NCBI GenBank assembly: GCA_040285825.1
Contig: JAUPSS010000004.1
Location: 1,964,550-2,028,549 of the forward strand
Reading direction: 5' to 3'
DNA from: Eukaryota sp. TZLM1-RC
Taxonomy: Eukaryota > Protista > Metamonada: BaSk clade
DNA: 64,000 bases
The stretch's first letter is position 1. Each line of letters starts with the position of its first letter. Position numbers and translations under genes: made by a program. Positions 57,400 through 64,000 of this stretch are shown here, piece after piece. Under the pieces are notes generated by a model. It ran no database searches, had not been told where the DNA came from, and worked only from the letters and a program-made list of their open reading frames with translations.

Positions 57400-58300
57400 G
57401 AATTCCTTGTTAATATAAAGCCCATTCCCAAAAACGGTACATAAAATTTGAAACTAACGAAGATCAGGAAGTGGATGAACAACCAGCAGTGTCAGTGTTT
57501 AACATTAATTTGATCGACTGGTTGCAAATCAAGGAGACAAGGTTTGGTACCCTAACTTCTGTTAGTGTCAATAGATTTGGATGTAAAAACGCCGTATTTG
57601 AGTTTTCTGAAAGCTACGCAATTACTCTACTCGTTTTGAGATTTTGAAACATATCATGATTTTTAGGCAAGAGCTGTGGCGGTCAAGAAATAATACTCAC
57701 ATTTCAAAACTAATTTTGTTAAAATTCACAACGAATTTTGACATTCATTTAAGTACATAAGTACAAATTGTTCTTTGCTTTCCTTAAGATGTCACACTCA
57801 ATCTTCCGATAAGTGATGTGTTTCTTCATCAAACTATGGAGTTGAACATTTCGCCTCCTCAAGAGTCTTGGTTTCTTTGTCAAGCAGCTGTTCTTGATGG
57901 ATGCATCCATTGTATTGTTGAAAAAAAATTAACATTATGAATCACAATCATATCAAAATCGGAAATCCCTACACGTAATAATATCCCCTTCGCTGAAGTG
58001 GCCCTGTTTTGGAATGTTCTAGAGTGTTTTGGATTTACTTTATGTGCTTTGTCCATTTGCATTCATCTAACAAGGCTCATTTGGACTTGATGCTCTATCA
58101 TTCCTAGATGCTTTTGTAGAAAATGTGTAAAAACATACAAGAAGAGTTTCTTATACGGTTGTTGGCAATAATTCAACTCTTTGAATTCAATTTTCCAAGA
58201 AGTTGTTTCGTTATTTTTGTCTGCTTTTTTTGTCCCTTGGAGTGTTTTATAATAGTAAAATTTTACCATGTCTTGGCAAATTTGGGGAAGTGGAGACATT
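57400..58300 (+). mobile_element. Highly degenerate CRE-type relic
   Basis: YVLCPFAF-like motif at ~58041-58064 and similarity to the 3975-4650 relic; no long frame. Confidence 0.5.
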
Positions 58301-58441
58301 CAATTTTGAGGTCAAAGCTCAACAATGTTTGCGTTGAATGAAAAATTTTCATAAATTGATATGGAAAAACGGAATCAATGTTTTATTTGAATTTCCATAA
58401 AATTCCCTATGTGAATATAATCTTGAATGAATCCTATACAT

Positions 58442-58825
58442 CTATGAAACGCTAAGTTTTCCTTCTGTGTAAAAGGACCTCTTGCAAACAGCCTTACGTG
58501 CAAATGGTGATGACACTTTAGGCATCAGCTTTGTACTTTCCTGACCCCATCCATAAGTTGAGTTCGTGGAAGGGCAGTGCACATAGCGATCCTCTGGTTT
58601 GACGTGTTTGCGCTGAGTTAGATAAGCTTGAGTACCATGACGACTGAGTAGCATCGAGTCTGGAAGAACTTTGGGCTTCTTTACAGGTGTCATTGGAGAA
58701 GATTTAACCTCTTTTCTAGCAGACAGCATTGGGGAAGGTTGATGGAAACGAGTCTCCCATTGTCTTGCTAGATGGTCTTCATGCTTTACGTATCTCTTCC
58801 ACCACTCAGATTGAATTACGTTCAT
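58442..58825 (-). CDS. SPMIP1/ATP6V1FNB-like ciliary microtubule inner protein (likely start MNVIQ)
   Basis: WW...V.HE......W..RF; YL..R....PE.RY...P.T...YGW; F.RK.......FY. Confidence 0.65.
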   Translation of the reverse strand: MNVIQSEWWKRYVKHEDHLARQWETRFHQPSPMLSARKEVKSSPMTPVKKPKVLPDSMLLSRHGTQAYLTQRKHVKPEDRYVHCPSTNSTYGWGQESTKLMPKVSSPFARKAVCKRSFYTEGKLSVS

Positions 58826-59212
58826 AAGTGGCGTTGATATAAAGACAATAAAACTGTTTATGACTGACATGAAAGTGACAAGGTCGGTCAATGCCAGTCA
58901 GCCTTGTTTGACATAGGTTGAACCGATCATCCTTTATTACAAATGTAAGTGATGTATGGAAGACCTATTGTTCCTAAGACTACACAAAAGTGAACAGAAA
59001 TTAGTACAGCTGATGAAACAGTTAGCCCTAGCATATAGAGTATGTAATCTATGAGGACAAGAGTGTGTCATTGGTTGAATTTGTTTTACCATTGGATACT
59101 GCTTCACAGAAGTTAGAACATTTTCTAATGGCAAGCAAAGATCACTACTAAATGTATCCTCAGGTGTTTCAACAAACATTGTAAAAGATACATTTATTAT
59201 ACAATTAATTAA

Positions 59213-62200
59213 TTATTCATAAAGCGAACTAACCCAAGATACGACATCAATTGAACCACTGGGTCTTTTTGGCAGAGTGGCACACATAGAATCGAGGGTC
59301 TTGTTGCCAATTACAGAAGAAAACAGTGACCTAAAGTGTTCCTCCTTGAAAGTGGAAATATTTGTAGATTTGATCAATCTTCTAATTGTAACTAAAAAGT
59401 CCTCAGGTCCATTAATTTGATCTACCAAAGCTGCCTTGCCTAGTTCTTCTACTGATGAATACGACTTACTATCCAAACCGGTTAATTCAGCAACTGAAGA
59501 AAGATCTGTGGTGAGATCCAATAACGATTCCAAGGAAAGAGATAGGTGGATCGGAATTGCGTTGGAATTTTCTTGATCGACCAAGTCATCGTAATGAGAT
59601 TTGAAAAGCAAAATATTGTCATTTAGTTGATGTTTTGCATTTTCTAATAATTCAAGCACAGAACCTTGGCCAGCTGAGCTGCATTGTAACTTTTTCAACT
59701 CAATTGATTGATGGTTTAATTCTGACAGAATCGCCAAGATATCTTCTGGTTCAAATGCTACCTTTTTAATCAAAGAAATTTTGTCATCAGAAAGTTCAAA
59801 AAACATCGATTTTTGACCTATTGAAGCCAAAGACACATCAAGACACGTGTGCAGAACTTCTAGGGACAAATCCTCCTTTTGTGCCTTGAGGTTAACTTGC
59901 ATTGAAACCAGACCATCTTCTACTTGCTTAACCCACTTCGGTAATAACTCCTTGGAGTCTAAAAGGTTATCAGAAACTCTTTCGACTTGATTTAATAAGG
60001 AAGCTCTTGCCAGGGGTAAGTTGGAGTTTTCAAATAAATTTTCCATTGAATTAGTTAGGGCTTTGGTTTGGGAAGATTCAATTAAATGTTTGAGATAATT
60101 AAAAAAATGATTTCCTAATAGAGAATTCATTTCAGATATTGATTTAATTCTGAAAACCGAATTGATAAGATCGCTGGTTTGTTCAGTTAATGATTGGTAA
60201 TTTTGGTTAGAGACCAAAGTTTTAAACTCAAACAAGGGAACTAAGATTGAATAATAATCATCAAAGAAGCTGGTGAATTCGGAAATCTCCATACAATCAA
60301 TTTCTGCTTGATTGATAATTGACAAAGTTTTCAAGAATGAGTGTGTCTGATTTTCTAAAATTGTAAATCTCTCAAATTGGGCTTCATAGGTGGCACGATC
60401 CTTTAAAGAGATCATGTCATGAAATTTTTGATGATTTTCATCAATCATTGAAGTTAGTAGCTTCTGAGCAATTTCAGTTGATAACTTTTCGATTGTTTGA
60501 CATGTTTCAAGAACAAATTCAAAAATTGGAAAAACCTGTAGACAATCTGAGCTCACAGACTCAAAAGTACCGAAAATTTGGGCAAATTCTGTAACCAAGT
60601 CATCAAAGGTAATAACATCATGATCAAATGTGCTCTTTTCGAAATATTCGCTAATGTATTCCTTCAACTCGGTCAGTGCAAGCTTGGATTCGGTTACTTT
60701 TTGCGAAAAACTTTCAGCAGCAGTATTTTTTGATTCTAATTGGATAGAAAAATATTCTACAACTTCTGAAATAGTCTCAAAAAGCGAAGAACAAATTGAT
60801 TGCTGAGTTTCATCGCAGTCGGGGATCACGTGATTAAATTCAGACAGTTTTGACCTGATGGATGACAAGAGGGTCATAAATGAAGAAAATGATTGATTGA
60901 GACACGATTCAGAGTCAATAGAAACAGAAAGATACAAAGCAATTTGACTGAAAATCTGTTCATTCCCTTTAACAAAAACATCAGAAAATTCAGACCAGAA
61001 TAATTCCAAATTTTGAACTGCTCTTACAGCTGGATTTTCTTGATCTCTACTATAATCAGTTGACACTGACGCCATAACCACATCAAGAGAGACCAAAAGT
61101 CTATTGACTTCAATAGAAATTTCTTCACAGGTCTTCGTGATTTCAAATTTATCGTGTGGCAAGTGGGTACATTGATTAAACGTAGTCAGATCAGAAATAG
61201 AAAGATTGCTACTAGAAAGTTGATTGATTGAATCAATTGATTTGAGCTCAGGGATAATGTTAATAATTTGGGAATTGAAGATTTTTAAAAGAATAGGATT
61301 ATCGACACCAGTAGAGCTCAATAGATCAGAAATGATACGACTTTGACCAAGAATTTTGAACTGTTTTGATTTGACAGCCAAGGACTGGGAACAATGTCCA
61401 TAGAACATTGTTTCAAGTTCTTCTAACCAATCTAAATCAGAAAAACAAATATTATTAAAAGAAAATCCATTGAAAACATCATTAACTATCCGGGAGAAAT
61501 CCAAGGTTAATGATTCCGTAATATCTGAAGTCCAGGCATCAACAGCATTCCTGATAAATCCAAGATTACTTCCGATTTGTAACAACCAATCAAAATCAGA
61601 ACATTCTCTAGACTTCAGTTGACCTTCCAATTCAGATATATAGTTTTTAAAGTCATTGAGTTGTTTATTTCTTGATAAATTGAGCAGATTAAACCCATGT
61701 TCAAAGACTGATTTAATTAACCTTATAGTTGAAAACTCAGAGAAATGATGGTAGACAGACTCTAATCGAGAAAGGCAACCAGTAATAATTGATTGAAGTT
61801 TTGATAGAACATCATTTAGGGAATTTTCAGTTGCAACAGAGTGCAATTTTAATGAGAATACTTTAGAAGCATCTAGACACTTCATGTAGAAAGATAACAA
61901 ATCCTTCAAAATTTTGGGAAATGAGGAAATGTCATCCAAAAATTTGGTCGTGTCAACAAAGAGCGCATTAAACTCATCAGTTCTACTCAATAATCCTTTG
62001 CAGTTTAGAATAAGAGAGGGCAGTGAAGAAAGTGTTAGATTAGCGTTTGAAACACGATGGTTTTCAATAAATAAATGTTCAATAAAAGATACTAATTGTG
62101 AGTAGTCATCATTAATTAATTGGTAAATTTGTGAAAATTCAGATGATTTACTTTTCTTATGGAATCGTCTCAAATATTCTAATCCAACATCAACTGACTG

Positions 62201-64000
62201 ACATCTATTTTTACAACGTTTGATCCCTTCTAATCTGTCAGAAGGCTCAAATGTAAGCACCATTGAAATATTTGCAAATTCTCTACCAAACCAACTTGCA
62301 AGATCAGATGAATAATTCAGAGCCGTGACATGCTGCAAAAACATATTTTCAGAAATATTTAAATTTTGCAAAACCTGTGATTCTGAACGGCTAATTAATG
62401 AACTCAATTTTTGTAATAATGGAATATTGGCAGAAAAAGAACCAGAAATATTACTGAGAAACTGAGAAATAAAAAATGCCAATTTAATTCTCTCTAAATC
62501 ATAAACATCTTTAAAATTGAATAATTCAAAATTAATTAATTCAGTAGACATTAATTGATCAAGGCTTGGTAAAATAGAACAAGTATCATTTGACAAATCA
62601 TTGCAAAGTGCTTCGGCTAAATGACTTCCCTCTTTAACAATTAATTCAGATAAAAGATTAGTTAAATCTTCCTTATTATTTGAATAAGGTTTCTGAATAT
62701 TGCGGTTTAAGCAGATTGTCTGAATAGAATTGGAAACAACTTGGACTTCAGCAATGTAATGTTTTGTGTTAAAGCTATTGAATAATAAATAGACCAAATC
62801 ATTAGAATTAAATGCAGAAATTACAGAATCAATGGAATCATTATCTGAAAAACCAAAATTATAAACCATATTCGCAAGATTCTCTTCATGGGAAACATTT
62901 AAGGAATTCTCTGGTAGAGCAGAACAAGATTTAATATTCTCAGTGATTACATCAATGGTACTTGATAACGATTCAAATTCCGACCCTAATTGGGTAATAA
63001 AAGGAGGAGTAATAGACAAATTTGTGAATTGATTTGAAAAAGAATTGAACTTATCTATTAAATAAATAAATTCATTCTTCAGGGATAAACAGCTATTGTA
63101 TGGGACTGTTTCTGAATCAGATATTTCAGCTAAAACTCGAAGTAAATCGTCAAATGTTGCATAAAGATTACGATGAACAATGAGAAACTTTCGCTCTAAA
63201 TCTTTGGCAGAATTCAATTGACTTTTGAGAGCTTTTTCTGACTTTTCTTGAATTTCTAGGTTTTCTTGTAATTTCTTGCTACTTTTGAGCGATGCCACCC
63301 CCCAATTTGAGCTAGATTGATAGCTTTCAGTGAGCTCTTGCTTGTCAATGGAAATTTTACGTCGAAGTTTACGAATTTGAATTTCAGGAACAATGGAATT
63401 AACACAAATAAACAAAGAATTATCCGTACAAAGATTAAAATCAGTACACATAGTAACCAATAGTCCTTCTTGAAGTGATTGAATCACGTGATTCTGAGCC
63501 GAATTAATTTCAGTTCTCGCTTGACGAATTTTTTGGACAACTCCGGACACAGAAATCGTGGTGTATCTATTGACAAAATGTAATGATCCAGTAGCAACAA
63601 TACTGAAAATTTCCAAAATTTTAGACTCCACAGTACAATTTCCAATCATTGATTTTTCACAATCAGTTAAAAATTCAAATTTTTGGATTAAAACATTAAT
63701 AAATTCAGGGGAAAATTCAACTGAGCCAGACAAAGATTCGACAACTTCCCTAGCTTTACTAATGACGTCATCAGACCATTTTGAGAGTTCAGATATTAAA
63801 TCTGCCACATGTTGCTGACGTTCCTCGAATTTTAATAGCTTTGTTTTGATGGATGGAAGCTTTTCAGTGGTAATGTTAACCTTGCCTTCTGAAATTTCTA
63901 ATGCTTTACAAACTGTATTGTCCAAACTTTCTCCAAATTTTGACAGTGGTTCAGTGAGCCTATTGATGTAGGAGAAGAGCTCACGTCGTAAACTAGATAG
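59213..64000 (-). CDS. Large unknown helical/coiled-coil protein, 3' part (frame open to the window edge)
   Basis: More than 1590 codons without a stop; the track's TTG start is preceded by 25 more open codons; no motif recognised. Confidence 0.75.
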   Translation of the reverse strand, partial: LSSLRRELFSYINRLTEPLSKFGESLDNTVCKALEISEGKVNITTEKLPSIKTKLLKFEERQQHVADLISELSKWSDDVISKAREVVESLSGSVEFSPEFINVLIQKFEFLTDCEKSMIGNCTVESKILEIFSIVATGSLHFVNRYTTISVSGVVQKIRQARTEINSAQNHVIQSLQEGLLVTMCTDFNLCTDNSLFICVNSIVPEIQIRKLRRKISIDKQELTESYQSSSNWGVASLKSSKKLQENLEIQEKSEKALKSQLNSAKDLERKFLIVHRNLYATFDDLLRVLAEISDSETVPYNSCLSLKNEFIYLIDKFNSFSNQFTNLSITPPFITQLGSEFESLSSTIDVITENIKSCSALPENSLNVSHEENLANMVYNFGFSDNDSIDSVISAFNSNDLVYLLFNSFNTKHYIAEVQVVSNSIQTICLNRNIQKPYSNNKEDLTNLLSELIVKEGSHLAEALCNDLSNDTCSILPSLDQLMSTELINFELFNFKDVYDLERIKLAFFISQFLSNISGSFSANIPLLQKLSSLISRSESQVLQNLNISENMFLQHVTALNYSSDLASWFGREFANISMVLTFEPSDRLEGIKRCKNRCQSVDVGLEYLRRFHKKSKSSEFSQIYQLINDDYSQLVSFIEHLFIENHRVSNANLTLSSLPSLILNCKGLLSRTDEFNALFVDTTKFLDDISSFPKILKDLLSFYMKCLDASKVFSLKLHSVATENSLNDVLSKLQSIITGCLSRLESVYHHFSEFSTIRLIKSVFEHGFNLLNLSRNKQLNDFKNYISELEGQLKSRECSDFDWLLQIGSNLGFIRNAVDAWTSDITESLTLDFSRIVNDVFNGFSFNNICFSDLDWLEELETMFYGHCSQSLAVKSKQFKILGQSRIISDLLSSTGVDNPILLKIFNSQIINIIPELKSIDSINQLSSSNLSISDLTTFNQCTHLPHDKFEITKTCEEISIEVNRLLVSLDVVMASVSTDYSRDQENPAVRAVQNLELFWSEFSDVFVKGNEQIFSQIALYLSVSIDSESCLNQSFSSFMTLLSSIRSKLSEFNHVIPDCDETQQSICSSLFETISEVVEYFSIQLESKNTAAESFSQKVTESKLALTELKEYISEYFEKSTFDHDVITFDDLVTEFAQIFGTFESVSSDCLQVFPIFEFVLETCQTIEKLSTEIAQKLLTSMIDENHQKFHDMISLKDRATYEAQFERFTILENQTHSFLKTLSIINQAEIDCMEISEFTSFFDDYYSILVPLFEFKTLVSNQNYQSLTEQTSDLINSVFRIKSISEMNSLLGNHFFNYLKHLIESSQTKALTNSMENLFENSNLPLARASLLNQVERVSDNLLDSKELLPKWVKQVEDGLVSMQVNLKAQKEDLSLEVLHTCLDVSLASIGQKSMFFELSDDKISLIKKVAFEPEDILAILSELNHQSIELKKLQCSSAGQGSVLELLENAKHQLNDNILLFKSHYDDLVDQENSNAIPIHLSLSLESLLDLTTDLSSVAELTGLDSKSYSSVEELGKAALVDQINGPEDFLVTIRRLIKSTNISTFKEEHFRSLFSSVIGNKTLDSMCATLPKRPSGSIDVVSWVSSLYE

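Overview
AT-rich, gene-dense genomic DNA from a flagellated microbial eukaryote, probably anaerobic (an inference; metamonad-like). It has rare 28-35 nt GT-AG introns and short intergenic regions, and roughly a third of the window is mobile-element debris. Host genes: NAR1/CIAO3 (partial), a selenoprotein thioredoxin reductase (SCUG terminus plus SECIS) fused to an N-terminal DUF4395-like membrane domain, SPFH protein, Fe/Mn-SOD, Fe-ADH, a shrunken dynein-heavy-chain-like protein, FKBP-TPR, RRM protein, CatSper3-like channel, METTL21-like methyltransferase, AAGAB/p34, HBS1, GT8 glycosyltransferase, ATR-like PIKK, SPMIP1-like protein and several unknowns. Mobile DNA: many decayed CRE-type (RT + restriction-like endonuclease) non-LTR retrotransposons, an 828-bp mini-LTR element, a Gypsy pol relic, and five Fanzor1 (eukaryotic TnpB) relics that the ORF track largely misses. 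The main observation is that three Fanzor relics from two families end directly at the ATG of three unrelated intact host genes. The roughly 70-nt omegaRNA-like right end, which shows a covarying hairpin, would form the host 5' leader, and the host start-of-ORF would be the guide. All protein assignments come from manual motif recognition, not database searches.
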